From Candidatus Dormiibacterota bacterium (GTDB taxonomy: Bacteria; Chloroflexota; Dormibacteria; Aeolococcales; Aeolococcaceae): DNA of 64,000 nt. Of this stretch, positions 63,789 through 64,000 are shown piece by piece. Position 1 is the first letter of the stretch. Every line of letters starts with the position of its first letter. The DNA lies in the NCBI GenBank assembly GCA_963709585.1, contig CAVPXI010000023.1, positions 64,001 through 128,000 of the forward strand. The letters run 5' to 3'. Below the pieces are notes generated by a model that did not search any database, was not told the DNA's origin, and worked only from the letters and a program-made list of their open reading frames with translations. The translations under genes and the position numbers were made by a program.

Positions 63789-64000
63789 ATGTCATCGATC
63801 TGCTCAAGCGCGAGCAGGAAAAACCGCAAGTCCCCATCCTGCGTTCTGGCGACACCGTTCGCGTGCACGTCAAGGTGGTTGAAGGAACCCGCGAGCGCAT
63901 CCAGGTCTTTGAGGGCGTCGTGATCGCACTCAAGGGCAAGGTCGGGCTCGCGACCAGCTTCACCGTGCGTCGCATCGCTCACGGTGTCGGTGTCGAGCGG
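63785..64000 (+). CDS. rplS: 50S ribosomal protein L19 (truncated by window end)
   Basis: [40 protein letters not shown]. Confidence 0.96.
   Translation, partial: MNVIDLLKREQEKPQVPILRSGDTVRVHVKVVEGTRERIQVFEGVVIALKGKVGLATSFTVRRIAHGVGVER

Overview
High-GC bacterial chromosome window (gene content suggests a Dormibacterota/Chloroflexota-like soil bacterium; inference only). 1-1.7 kb is the 3' part of an rRNA operon: 23S rRNA interrupted by two group I introns (E. coli positions L1931 and L1951) separated by a 20-nt exon, then 5S rRNA. The 3' end of the 5S gene is an integration hotspot: the core TTGCCGGGTATCTCT occurs five times (1703, 10673, 14075, 14585, 15821), with two accessory motifs at fixed distances. 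The cores delimit a ~9 kb phage-satellite-like element (tyrosine integrase, DUF3631 replication protein, HNH, TerL, capsid, prohead protease; no recognisable portal, TerS or tail) and three integrase-less units carrying cargo genes. One of these is a decayed relative of the satellite and reveals a conserved structured leader RNA upstream of the capsid gene. 16-33 kb is an accessory mosaic (paralogous lipoproteins sharing an ECF-type promoter, DinB-like proteins, regulators, tRNA-Leu, cyclase-ATPase). 33-64 kb is core genome (folE, rlmN, rib operon, rpmB, fakA/degV, recG, rsmD, coaD, rpmF, fabD/fabG/acpP, rnc, smc, ftsY, ffh, rpsP, khpA, rimM, trmD, rplS). Single-base frameshifts occur throughout, including in ffh, smc, rnc and ribE, so indel sequencing errors are likely and frameshifts are not evidence of pseudogenes.
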